Shown here piece by piece: positions 10,515 to 20,105 of a stretch of DNA of 64,000 bases. The notes beneath the pieces are model-generated. The model saw only the letters and a program-made list of their open reading frames with translations. It made no database searches and was not told the DNA's origin. Source of the DNA: Candidatus Thalassarchaeaceae archaeon. Lineage in GTDB: Archaea; Thermoplasmatota; Poseidoniia; Poseidoniales; Thalassarchaeaceae. Positions within the stretch are counted from its first letter, which is position 1, and each line of letters opens with the position of its first letter. The DNA lies in the NCBI GenBank assembly GCA_030747485.1, contig JASLKP010000002.1:18602-82601 (forward strand), written 5' to 3'. A program made the position numbers and the translations under genes.

Positions 10515-11516
10515 TTAGGCGACACTGAGGTTCTCTGCGGTCCCCATTATCCTCATATTTCCAGCATCAAGTTGGGCGATGATTACTGGAGCATTTCCTT
10601 GCGCTTGAATCCAAAGGGGTTGTTCCCATTCCACATTCAGCGTTTTTCCTTCAATGTCAACAATACGACCAACTGTAAATTGTAAATCCACAGCACCGTG
10701 GATTACGCCACCTTCACTTAATTCTCGTTTTTGGAATGGAGCATATGAAATTGTAAACTTGGATGAATCGTGTCGAATCAATGCGCCTGCGTCAGCATGA
10801 GTGATCACACAGCCCCGATGCAGGGCTTCTTCACGGAGATTACGTAATGCCACTCCGACACGATCTCCTGCCGTACTTGCTTCAACATCATCATCCATCA
10901 CTTGGAGACTACGGGTCACACCCTTCTCATTGGCAGGTAGGACAATGACCTCGTCATGTTTGCAAATCGTTCCTGCTTGGACATAACCAATCGCCACCAA
11001 TCCGACACCCTTGACATTGAAGTGTTGGTCGATGGGGATGACCAATGGTGCATTCTCTTCCGTTGCTCGAGAATCAACAAGTGAATCCATGTACGAAAAA
11101 AGAGCGGTTCGAAGTTCGTGTTCATCGGGCACAGTTTCGTGTATGGTCCAATCCTTTATTCCAGCCTGAGACACAATCAATCGCACTTGTTCAACATCAA
11201 CCCAACCTCCCTCTTCAGGAGAAATAATGACGTGTCCATGTGTGATGTTTGCAGATCCAAACGCAACGAGGACCTCACCTAGACTGGCATCTATTTTCGA
11301 TACTTCAACAATGCCTGCCTTGGCCACATTGAGTACACTCAGAAGTGGACGTAATCTCTCAGGATGCCGAAGTGGACGAAGTAATGACAAGATTCGGACA
11401 TCTCCATCCATTGTTTCTTTGTGAACATATGATTCGATGTCCCTCACATCACCTTTCTTCCCGAGCGTACGGGCAAAATCCTCTGAACCCACGTAGGCCA
11501 CGTTGAGGACTGGCAT
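10515..11516 (-). CDS. EF-Tu/EF-1A-like protein with degenerate GTPase domain
   Basis: EF-Tu domain-2-like segment PIDQHFNVKGVGLVAIGYVQAGTICKHDEV. The N-terminus aligns with a G domain, but the P-loop GHVDHGKT is replaced by GSEDFARTLGKKG. Confidence 0.55.
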   Translation of the reverse strand: MPVLNVAYVGSEDFARTLGKKGDVRDIESYVHKETMDGDVRILSLLRPLRHPERLRPLLSVLNVAKAGIVEVSKIDASLGEVLVAFGSANITHGHVIISPEEGGWVDVEQVRLIVSQAGIKDWTIHETVPDEHELRTALFSYMDSLVDSRATEENAPLVIPIDQHFNVKGVGLVAIGYVQAGTICKHDEVIVLPANEKGVTRSLQVMDDDVEASTAGDRVGVALRNLREEALHRGCVITHADAGALIRHDSSKFTISYAPFQKRELSEGGVIHGAVDLQFTVGRIVDIEGKTLNVEWEQPLWIQAQGNAPVIIAQLDAGNMRIMGTAENLSVA

Positions 11517-11552
11517 AACTCGCCGTCCGGCGTCTACTTGTTGAATGCAACG

Positions 11553-12014
11553 CTACTGTTCTGCTGCCTTCATCGCGTCACGAGCCATTTGGGCCTTATT
11601 CCACATCGCTTTCTCTTCATCTGATTGTGGTGTAAATTGGGGGATTGGTATCGGTCGCATCTGAGAATCAATTGCGACCATAAAGAAGAATCCCGAACAA
11701 ATTTCTTCGGTAACCCATTCACTTCGACTCAATCTCTTTGAAACCACATGTACGCCTGCAGTGTGAGTGCTGGTATGAACAACTGTTGCAGTTGTCTCAA
11801 TGAGATCTCCCTGATACGCAGGTCTCTTAAATTTCAGCGCATCTACTGAAACGGTTACAAATTCACGATGAGCAAATTTACTCGCAGCCATCCCCGCTGA
11901 TGTATCCATGATGCTCATCAGTCGCCCTCCAAAAAGGGTATTGTAGGCGTTTGTGTGTTGTGGAAATACTTCATCCATCTTGGTTACTGGTTCGGTTGAA
12001 TACGGGTCTGACAT
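11553..12014 (-). CDS. Hotdog-fold acyl-CoA thioesterase (YciA/ACOT type)
   Basis: VFPQHTNAYNTLFGGRLMSIMD motif typical of acyl-CoA hydrolases; 153 aa. Confidence 0.8.
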   Translation of the reverse strand: MSDPYSTEPVTKMDEVFPQHTNAYNTLFGGRLMSIMDTSAGMAASKFAHREFVTVSVDALKFKRPAYQGDLIETTATVVHTSTHTAGVHVVSKRLSRSEWVTEEICSGFFFMVAIDSQMRPIPIPQFTPQSDEEKAMWNKAQMARDAMKAAEQ

Positions 12015-12114
12015 GTCTCTCCCCGTACGTGTGTGAACACCCCCCCTTCTTGAGACTGTCAGTAGTCAACGGCCTACCCATCCCATTATGATGGGTTGAC
12101 CTCTTCATCCGAAC

Positions 12115-12777
12115 ATGGAGGGTTCACGCACCTGTGTTGCTCTAGTTTCCGGCGGAATCGACTCACCGGTTGCAGTCGCTAGAATGGCTCAAGATGGATG
12201 GAAAATTGTGCCTCTTCATTGTTCTCAAGAACCCATTACTGGAACTGAAGCCGAAGATAAAACAGTTGAGAGTCTAGTCCATCTCAAATCATCATTGGGT
12301 CATCATGGAGACAATATTGATTCAGAATTGCGAGTGGTCACAGTAGGTGAAACACTCGCTAAATTCACCGACCCAAAATCACATCGAGATTACTTCGTCC
12401 ACATGAAGAGATTGTTTAATGCAATTGCATCGAGTTTCGGAAATGATGTGGGCGCAGTTGCAATTTTAACCGGAGAGAACTTAGGTCAGGTCAGTAGTCA
12501 GACTCTTGGAAATTTAGGCGCAGTTGAGGAGGCTAGTGAATTGCGAATCCTCCGCCCTCTCCTTGGACTTGACAAACAGGAAATTATCGATGAAGCACGA
12601 GTTCTTGGAACCTATGAAATCGCTGCAGGTCCAGAAGTCTGTGATGCCCTTGGTCCAGATCATCCTACAACTGTCGCTGATCTGACTCGTCTTCGTGATA
12701 ATGAAACAGAGTTTGGAGGTTTAGCAGCTCTTTCTGATACATGTTTATCCAATCTTAGGATTCGTTCTCTAGTGTGA
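12115..12777 (+). CDS. ThiI-like PP-loop ATP pyrophosphatase (catalytic domain only, no THUMP)
   Basis: PP-loop ALVSGGIDSPVA, GENLGQVSSQTLGNL and RPLLGLDKQEII match the ThiI adenylation domain. At 220 aa it lacks the N-terminal ferredoxin-like/THUMP part. Confidence 0.75.
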   Translation: MEGSRTCVALVSGGIDSPVAVARMAQDGWKIVPLHCSQEPITGTEAEDKTVESLVHLKSSLGHHGDNIDSELRVVTVGETLAKFTDPKSHRDYFVHMKRLFNAIASSFGNDVGAVAILTGENLGQVSSQTLGNLGAVEEASELRILRPLLGLDKQEIIDEARVLGTYEIAAGPEVCDALGPDHPTTVADLTRLRDNETEFGGLAALSDTCLSNLRIRSLV

Positions 12778-12792
12778 CATTAGTGCGATACT

Positions 12793-12812
12793 GCGGCCCC
12801 CTTAGGGGCCGC
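12793..12812. other. GC-rich perfect hairpin (8-bp stem, loop CTTA)
   Basis: GCGGCCCC-CTTA-GGGGCCGC, 16 nt after the thiI-like stop. Confidence 0.6.
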
Positions 12813-12858
12813 GCGTCAAAACAGCGGAGTTATATGCGTTCTAAAGGTCGCAGCGACG

Positions 12859-12875
12859 GAACCACTACGTGGTTC
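12859..12875. other. Hairpin (7-bp stem, loop TAC)
   Basis: GAACCAC-TAC-GTGGTTC in the gap before the 1950-aa ORF. Confidence 0.6.
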
Positions 12876-12894
12876 GCAATGGATGTGATGTGAC

Positions 12895-15800
12895 ATGACT
12901 AATCGAAAGCGAATTCTCTCTATGACGATGATCGGCTTGATGCTATTCTCAACAACACTGGTTCATGCTGCTACGGTCAGTACTTTTGCATCTGGTGGGG
13001 CAGAGGTAACTGTTGAGCTCCGTGATCAAGGAGTTTGGGCAGATGATTTGACAGCTGGTATTGAATTACCAGCGGGCGAAACTGTGAATTCTGCAGGATT
13101 GATTGTCGGCACAGATTCCGCCATTCACAACCACGTCGACACGATTGATGCATCGATTATGGACCATATTTGGAATCCAGCATACAACACAGGTCTTACT
13201 CAATATTCATCAAACAGTGACTTCACAGTTGATGAAGATTATATCAAGATGATTAGTTTAGGTTACAACGCTGATTTCGAAGCCAGTAGAGAGGGTTGGA
13301 CACCTGGTCTTGAACAAGGCCCTAACATGGTCAACTGGGGGCATGGTTCTAGTGAAGAAACACCACCAGAGTTGCAGAGTGGTTGCGGCGTAGGAGATTG
13401 GTGTTGGGGGACTGATTTCACAGGCTTTGACTACACACAGTCTCTTCCCAATGGTGAATACCAATTGGAGTTGACCAGTGAATCGTTTTATGTCAACCCA
13501 GGTAAGTCCGATTTGTCTTTCAAATCCTTCCACAATATGTTTTATCGTGAGGCTGGAACAAATCAGTATTACTACGATGATTGTGCATACGTCGCAGTCA
13601 TGAATTCAACAAATAATCAGGATTGGAACGACCCGATTTACATGCCATTTAACATTGGAAGTACAACAGGTGTGTCTCCTAACAATGGATTATATGCCCT
13701 TGGTGCGGCAACAAATCAGGTTCCAAATGCGAAATGTAATTTCCTAGGTACAAATGGACCACAAATTGGAGATTATGTACTCGGTGGAAATGGTACGACC
13801 AGTGGTAACACACCGGGTGGTTGGTCAGATATTGAAATCGACTTATCCGGACACAGTGGTCGATACGCAAAGATTGTTTTTATCATGGAAGTCAATGATC
13901 ACGGTTCTGCATTCCCAGTAGAACCTCCACATGCTGGTTGGTATATCGATGGCGTCCGTGTGGGTGATCCTCTCCCTGCTCAGGGACATGTAATCATGAG
14001 TTCATTCGCCCCTCAATCTAGTGGACAACCAGGATTCCCTGATGGGTATGGTGTCTTACAATTAGATTTGGTCAAAGCATCTTCAGCTGACTTTGGTGTC
14101 GACGTATTAGACGCAGGTACTGGCGCTGTTATTACAGATATTAATGGAAATGTCATGAGTGATTTACAAGGCTCTTTAATCGAGCTTTGGGACATCGATG
14201 GGGACACTCACCCTCTTATTGATTTGAAGTTCAACTTTGGTTCTGGTTCCAATCGTCTATCATCTCCTGTGTTACATGGTTTCCATATCGGTACTAGAAT
14301 TGGAACGACATTCAATAACACTGATGGCGTTTTCATCTTGAATGGAACAATCAATTCTGGTAAATGGGTGACCAGTATGGCTGAATCCTCTGCAGCATTG
14401 GTGACTGCAGCAATATTGGATGATTCATTCACTCCACCTGTGATGCGAACTTCATTTTCTAAACCAATTGTCGCCGTGAAGCCAATCATTGTAGATTCGT
14501 GTGGTGGTCCGACAAGTATCGGAATAATGAGTATGAATGAAGATGAAAATGCATTGATGGGTATGACTGATCAATGGACTTCATTTTCAGTACCTACATT
14601 CACCTTTGGAATGATGATTGAATATGCGACTCTCTGTGATGTATTTTCCATTCACGCAGATATTCAGTTTGCTCACAATTCACGTGGTATTAGTCTAGAT
14701 GTTGCTGCAGACGGTGACATTGAATGGGGTATGACTGATCCTGCATTCGGTCGTTTCGGATTACAGGATATGTTCAGGACTGGAATCGTCAATGGGATCA
14801 ATGAAGGTGATACAGAGCGTGAAATCGCACTTGATATCAATTTACATGGAGAGGGTGCACCATTCCTCCTTCCAAAGGGCGCTTCAATTACATATGCTGA
14901 GATTAGCCACTACCAAAATGGAATTGGTGGCTTCAACATGACTTTGGTCAGTGGAAACCAACAGGAAGACATTGGCGAAATCGAAGATTTGCCATTTGCG
15001 ATTCCATCACCTGGAAGTCCTTTGGTTTCAATGCAAGATCAGATTCAATCACTGCTCGATAATCCTCTGGTGCCCACTGCGTGGGTAGATGCATATGGAA
15101 ACGAATGGTATCTCTTCCGTATCATGGTGGATTCTAATGGTGCAACTCCTGGTTCAACCATCACGTTCCGTGATTTGCACATTACCTATGATTGGAGTCG
15201 TGCGATTAACGATGATAACAACGTTGCTAGGGAACTCAATCAGGGCGTAGCACTCGCAAGTAGCGGTTCAGCGGCCTCTTTGGTGGTGGTTCCGATGAGA
15301 ATCATCGGAGGTTCAGGAGGTGCAATCTCACTATCTTCTCTTTCTGTGTCTACTACGGGTGGTTATGACTCTACACTGAATTCTCAGGGCATCACTGGAA
15401 TGTATCCCAATGGTGACATTATTGAAATCATCACCACCCATGATGTTTCATCCGCGACAGGACAAACACTTGGTGGGGCCAGCCTTCTCTTTGAGACCAC
15501 AGAAGGGAATCTTGAACTTCTATGGGATGCAACCAATGATAGTTTCTGGGAAGAAACAGATCCTGATGATTACTTAGATTTCATGAGTATGCAATCGCTT
15601 TCCACCGACTTGTCTTCAGGCAAGGAACTTCGCTGGAGATTCCGAGTTAATCCATCATGGGATGATGTTGCAAGTGTCCGTCTGTATGCTGCTGCCCTGT
15701 CAAACACTGGTGTGAATGGCTTGCCTGCGGGTGTTTTGATTGAACCATCTACTGGAAATGCCGTGGAGAACGATGTCAGCATCACAGAATTCCATCTATT

Positions 15801-18747
15801 CAATCAGGGTGGTATTGAACAACTCAATCTCTCAAACGCGTATTCTAGCAATACCATCACGCTTGAATTCAATGTTCGCTACGAAGATTTGGATGTTGCA
15901 CCGAACGCAAATAGTTACCAAATGTTGTTGCAGAAACGTAACCAATCTAATTTGTCTGAGGAATGGATCTTCGTTGACTCAACCTCAGCGACTCTTGATG
16001 GAGACTACATGTGGTCTCCTTCCCTGCCACTGACTGAAGTGGGCACGGAGCATTATCGTTTGATGATTGATAATTATACAGATGGTACGACAAATTGTCC
16101 ACCATCCAGTTATTCTCCTGACGAATTATGTGCGATTCGATTTTCAATGACTCTAGATCCATTCTCGCCCCACCTTGTCAATATCTCAGTATTCAGTGTT
16201 CAAGGCGATTGGAGAGAACTAAGTGACGACACATGGGTTCCTGCAAGTAACAATCAGAAATTCCGAATTGCTGCTCAAGACCTTCCTTTGGCACCTGAGA
16301 CATTAACCCTCAATTATTGGGTGGAGGCTGAACATGACTGCGGGCTCGATGGCCTTTGTCCAAACGATGTAGCTTGGATTAGTTCAGATGCTGGTGAACT
16401 TGATCGCGAGGCGCAGTATAACGAATATTCGCAAATCGGCTTGATTCGGGAAACTGCCACGGACACCTCGATGTACTACATCGATCATCCTTGCCAATGT
16501 ATCAGTGATTACGCCAATAGTGGAATTGATCCTCCGCAAATGGTCAGTTTGTTTGTCTCGGGTGGAGATATTGGTGGCAATTCTATTGATGGCGGTTCCA
16601 TTGGTGTGAATCACGATTTGGTGACCTATATCGGCATGGATTCTCGAACTCCTTATCCACAGGCATTGCGAATCACAGATTCACATGGAACTGAACTCAA
16701 TGATGTCAACAAGAGCATGTATGCAGGCAACATCTACCACTTGCTCGTTGATGCACGTGATGAGAACGGTTGGAGAGATGTCGATTACATCAGTATCGCA
16801 CTGAATCCATCGATTTCCAACCCTCTGCTGCCTACCTATGATCCCGATGGTGCCATTGTGTTGTTCTACTCTGCACAAAATGATACTGCATGGACTGAGT
16901 ATCCCAATGGATATCTCGAAATCATTGATGATTACGAGAACACTGGATTGAAACCAGAAATGTTAACTCAAGATGGTGCGGTTCTAATCTCGCCTTTCGA
17001 ACAATACTTCACAGTAGATATCCCCATTCGTCTTGGTTGGTCTATTCCTTCGGCTTATGTGGGTGGAGTGATGACTCCTGCAGTCAATATCAAAGACTTG
17101 GATTTGGCCAATAATGAGGTTAACATGGGCCAACAACGAGCCCAGAAGTGGGACTACGCCAGTGACTTCCAATTGGATACGACCACATTCGTCGTAGAGG
17201 ACACATCAGGATTCGCTTCATCAGGTGTGGGATTGATTGATGGGGGCTTCGTTAATTCTGGTGATATTCTAAGAATCAGTGGAAGATATGTATTCAACGA
17301 GAACATCAACTCTCTCGTATTCGTTAGTCCTGAAATTCCTCTAACGTTGGAATTGACTCGTACTGCTGCATTCCCGAACGGTGGTGGCCCTGGTCAATAT
17401 CAGGCCTCTTTGCCAACCACTGAGACATTCTCGTTTGAGAATGGTACCTTTGAATTGTTGATTCCAGCATCTACAGCAACCAACGAATATACCTACTCTC
17501 TGGAATTAATCGGCCTACCTACTGGTGCTGTTGATGAAACACCGACGCCATCGAGAAATTTCTACGTTAATGTGGATGGCACCGCACCAGTCGCGGTATT
17601 CAATTCGTGGGAAATATCCAATCACGAAACTGGAGTTGCACTACAGGATGGTCGTTTATCATCATCAATCATGAATTGTGTCGACGTTGAAGTATACATT
17701 GATGAATTACAGAGGATGGATACTGATTCTGTAGAGGTCAATTGGATGTTCTATCAAACTCAGGAAGTGGGTGGATTCCAGTACAACTGGACTGACTATC
17801 TGACTACGTTTGAAACACCTTGGCTCAAGACTTCGTTAGACCTTGACCGAGATCAAGGACAGATTCGAGCGACATCCGTATGTCTAGATCTTTGGCCGGG
17901 CGAGGAAATCCCTGCAGAGATGGACAATGTGATTGTTAAATTCTGGATTACTGGACATGATTCTGCAGGTAGGGAAATCTCAGGTGGTGGCTCCTTCGGT
18001 GACGAAATCAAGAATGGAATGTATGGATTGGAGTATGAAGCCGCTGAATTCACATTGACTCGCGTCTCGCTTTCAACACAAAATCCGATGGCCGAAGACA
18101 ATTTCGATTTGCTAATTGACCTTCGAAATGATGGTAACAAACCTGGAAATCTAACCATCATGATTTCGACAATTATTGGTGGTGTTGCAGATACGCCAAA
18201 TAGCTATACTTGCCCTGAAACAGTATCTCCAGGAAATGAGTATCTGTGGCGATTAGAGATGCCTCAGTTCCCTGAGCCAGCAACCAATGTCAAGTATGTC
18301 ATTCTTGACACTGATGGAGATGAATTGTATTCCACTGAATCGTTCAATGTAGCCAGATACACGTCGCAAGAAGATGACGGAGGAATGATGCTATGGGTTG
18401 GAATTGCAGGAGTGATTATTCTACTAATTGTCGCTGTTGTCATTGTTCTAATGGTCTTGAATAGAGGTCAAACGGAAGATGAAGACGAGTACATAGATGA
18501 CGAAGACTTCCTTCCTCCTGGTGAAGCCGTACAACCAATGCGAAGCAGAGGTCCACCGGCTACCCGTGACAGTGACCGACGAGGCCCGCCTGGTGCATCC
18601 AGAGGTCCACCTGCTGCCGAACCGGCTCGCTCTCCAATGGAGATTGCCAAGGAGAAATTCCCATTCTGGGATGATGCAACAATTCAGGGTTACTTCGATC
18701 AAGGTTGGAGTGTAGAACAACTTGAAGAGTGGCTTGCAAGCCAATAA
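12895..18747 (+). CDS. Giant secreted, C-terminally membrane-anchored surface protein
   Basis: 1950-aa ORF with N-terminal signal-like MTNRKRILSMTMIGLMLFSTTLVHAATV. A single C-terminal TM (MMLWVGIAGVIILLIVAVVIVLMVL) is followed by an acidic then RGPP-repeat tail. No catalytic motifs recognised. Confidence 0.7.
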   Translation: MTNRKRILSMTMIGLMLFSTTLVHAATVSTFASGGAEVTVELRDQGVWADDLTAGIELPAGETVNSAGLIVGTDSAIHNHVDTIDASIMDHIWNPAYNTGLTQYSSNSDFTVDEDYIKMISLGYNADFEASREGWTPGLEQGPNMVNWGHGSSEETPPELQSGCGVGDWCWGTDFTGFDYTQSLPNGEYQLELTSESFYVNPGKSDLSFKSFHNMFYREAGTNQYYYDDCAYVAVMNSTNNQDWNDPIYMPFNIGSTTGVSPNNGLYALGAATNQVPNAKCNFLGTNGPQIGDYVLGGNGTTSGNTPGGWSDIEIDLSGHSGRYAKIVFIMEVNDHGSAFPVEPPHAGWYIDGVRVGDPLPAQGHVIMSSFAPQSSGQPGFPDGYGVLQLDLVKASSADFGVDVLDAGTGAVITDINGNVMSDLQGSLIELWDIDGDTHPLIDLKFNFGSGSNRLSSPVLHGFHIGTRIGTTFNNTDGVFILNGTINSGKWVTSMAESSAALVTAAILDDSFTPPVMRTSFSKPIVAVKPIIVDSCGGPTSIGIMSMNEDENALMGMTDQWTSFSVPTFTFGMMIEYATLCDVFSIHADIQFAHNSRGISLDVAADGDIEWGMTDPAFGRFGLQDMFRTGIVNGINEGDTEREIALDINLHGEGAPFLLPKGASITYAEISHYQNGIGGFNMTLVSGNQQEDIGEIEDLPFAIPSPGSPLVSMQDQIQSLLDNPLVPTAWVDAYGNEWYLFRIMVDSNGATPGSTITFRDLHITYDWSRAINDDNNVARELNQGVALASSGSAASLVVVPMRIIGGSGGAISLSSLSVSTTGGYDSTLNSQGITGMYPNGDIIEIITTHDVSSATGQTLGGASLLFETTEGNLELLWDATNDSFWEETDPDDYLDFMSMQSLSTDLSSGKELRWRFRVNPSWDDVASVRLYAAALSNTGVNGLPAGVLIEPSTGNAVENDVSITEFHLFNQGGIEQLNLSNAYSSNTITLEFNVRYEDLDVAPNANSYQMLLQKRNQSNLSEEWIFVDSTSATLDGDYMWSPSLPLTEVGTEHYRLMIDNYTDGTTNCPPSSYSPDELCAIRFSMTLDPFSPHLVNISVFSVQGDWRELSDDTWVPASNNQKFRIAAQDLPLAPETLTLNYWVEAEHDCGLDGLCPNDVAWISSDAGELDREAQYNEYSQIGLIRETATDTSMYYIDHPCQCISDYANSGIDPPQMVSLFVSGGDIGGNSIDGGSIGVNHDLVTYIGMDSRTPYPQALRITDSHGTELNDVNKSMYAGNIYHLLVDARDENGWRDVDYISIALNPSISNPLLPTYDPDGAIVLFYSAQNDTAWTEYPNGYLEIIDDYENTGLKPEMLTQDGAVLISPFEQYFTVDIPIRLGWSIPSAYVGGVMTPAVNIKDLDLANNEVNMGQQRAQKWDYASDFQLDTTTFVVEDTSGFASSGVGLIDGGFVNSGDILRISGRYVFNENINSLVFVSPEIPLTLELTRTAAFPNGGGPGQYQASLPTTETFSFENGTFELLIPASTATNEYTYSLELIGLPTGAVDETPTPSRNFYVNVDGTAPVAVFNSWEISNHETGVALQDGRLSSSIMNCVDVEVYIDELQRMDTDSVEVNWMFYQTQEVGGFQYNWTDYLTTFETPWLKTSLDLDRDQGQIRATSVCLDLWPGEEIPAEMDNVIVKFWITGHDSAGREISGGGSFGDEIKNGMYGLEYEAAEFTLTRVSLSTQNPMAEDNFDLLIDLRNDGNKPGNLTIMISTIIGGVADTPNSYTCPETVSPGNEYLWRLEMPQFPEPATNVKYVILDTDGDELYSTESFNVARYTSQEDDGGMMLWVGIAGVIILLIVAVVIVLMVLNRGQTEDEDEYIDDEDFLPPGEAVQPMRSRGPPATRDSDRRGPPGASRGPPAAEPARSPMEIAKEKFPFWDDATIQGYFDQGWSVEQLEEWLASQ

Positions 18748-18764
18748 TCAAATTTGGTGATTCA

Positions 18765-19571
18765 ATGATTGATTCGGTGGCCCTTGAGTGGTCGCCAATC
18801 GATTGGGTTGACCCTGATGGAGGTATCATTCGCCTATGGCCTACTTTGCCAACAGTCGTCTATCCTGACTCACTGCGTAGAACCATCGGTCAATGGGATG
18901 GCATCGCCTTCTTGTTACCAACAGATGAACCGGATGTTTGGGATGAACAGGTAGTCGAAGAGAAGGCAAGTCCAGGTATCAATAGAGATGGAATTGCCGC
19001 TAGTGGAGGAATACTTGGGCGCATGATGGAAGGAATGTCTGCAATTGAGGGCATTCAAGTTGGCCGTTTTCCAGACCCTGAGCCTCGTCGTTTGTTAATC
19101 TCAGCACAGAGCGAAGCAGGTAGGGGGTCTAGACCCATTTTCTTCGTTGAGCCAGATGATGAAGAATGGACAGAATGGGTCGAATCCTGTGCAGATGAAA
19201 TGACGCGCCCTCTACGACTTTTAGGATTGGTATTCGGCGGACGTGCATGGAAAAAAGAATTGGTCAAAGCCATGAAGCATACAAGTCCTCCGAGGTTGGA
19301 AAAGAATGGAGATAAGGCAAGAGGTTTAGCTGAGGCAAGTAGCCTTGCAGCAGCTTGGTGGTGCCGTTCTGAAGCCAGTTTCACGGATGAATTGAGAAGT
19401 CAAAGAGATGCTCGCTTGTGCGCACGTTTACGTGGCTCTCTTTCTGTGCTTCGAGAGGGACAGGTTGATGTTGACATCCCTCCCGTGCTCCTCGTGCCGG
19501 TGATGCAGGCTTGGATGCCATCGATTCACAATGCGTTGCTAGATGAGCCGAAACCAGAGTCAATGGAATGA
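18765..19571 (+). CDS. Hypothetical protein
   Basis: ORF tightly packed after the giant gene, with ATG 18 nt after its stop. No recognised motifs. Confidence 0.5.
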   Translation: MIDSVALEWSPIDWVDPDGGIIRLWPTLPTVVYPDSLRRTIGQWDGIAFLLPTDEPDVWDEQVVEEKASPGINRDGIAASGGILGRMMEGMSAIEGIQVGRFPDPEPRRLLISAQSEAGRGSRPIFFVEPDDEEWTEWVESCADEMTRPLRLLGLVFGGRAWKKELVKAMKHTSPPRLEKNGDKARGLAEASSLAAAWWCRSEASFTDELRSQRDARLCARLRGSLSVLREGQVDVDIPPVLLVPVMQAWMPSIHNALLDEPKPESME

Positions 19572-20101
19572 AGGAGGACGATTTGATGAAGGGTGCAAGA
19601 ATTGAGAATCAATTATATCGATTCAAATCTCCTGTTCCGATTAATCAGCAACGTGTTGTTGATGAGATTGGTGGAAATAAAAGTGGGCGCTTCGTGATGA
19701 TTTCACTTCGTTCCCCTCGCTCAACCCTTCTCATCGATGACCAAGATCGAATTATCGTACATGGGTGTAAGAAACAGGAGATTGCTCATTTGGCTGCCAA
19801 AGAAGTTCTTCTGAGATTGGGCGAAGATGAGTCTGGAATGACATTTGAGTTAGGTCCTGCAGTGGCTTCATTCGATTTTGGTTGCAGTGTGAAATTGGAG
19901 GGGGTACCAGATCTATTTCCAGATGCCACCATTGATACTGAATTAGATTGTTTGAGAATCGATGACACACGACACGAAGTTAAACTTCTCCTCTTTAGAA
20001 ATGGTCGGGGAATCGCCACAGAGGCACGTCATGAAAAACTTGTAACAATGGCTGCCAAACGTTGGATGCAACGCCTATCTGATGAGAATCTTCTGAGTTG
20101 A
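19568..20101 (+). CDS. Divergent TATA-box-binding-protein-like (two-repeat) protein
   Basis: 177 aa, which is TBP size. Two internal repeats show a TBP-like pattern: RIEN..., SLRSPRSTLLIDDQDRIIVHGCKKQEIAHLAAKEVLLRL, and LRIDDTRHEVKLLLFRNGRGIATEARHEKLVTMAAKRWMQRL. The start overlaps the upstream stop (ATGA). Confidence 0.45.
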   Translation: MKEDDLMKGARIENQLYRFKSPVPINQQRVVDEIGGNKSGRFVMISLRSPRSTLLIDDQDRIIVHGCKKQEIAHLAAKEVLLRLGEDESGMTFELGPAVASFDFGCSVKLEGVPDLFPDATIDTELDCLRIDDTRHEVKLLLFRNGRGIATEARHEKLVTMAAKRWMQRLSDENLLS

Positions 20102-20105
20102 TACG

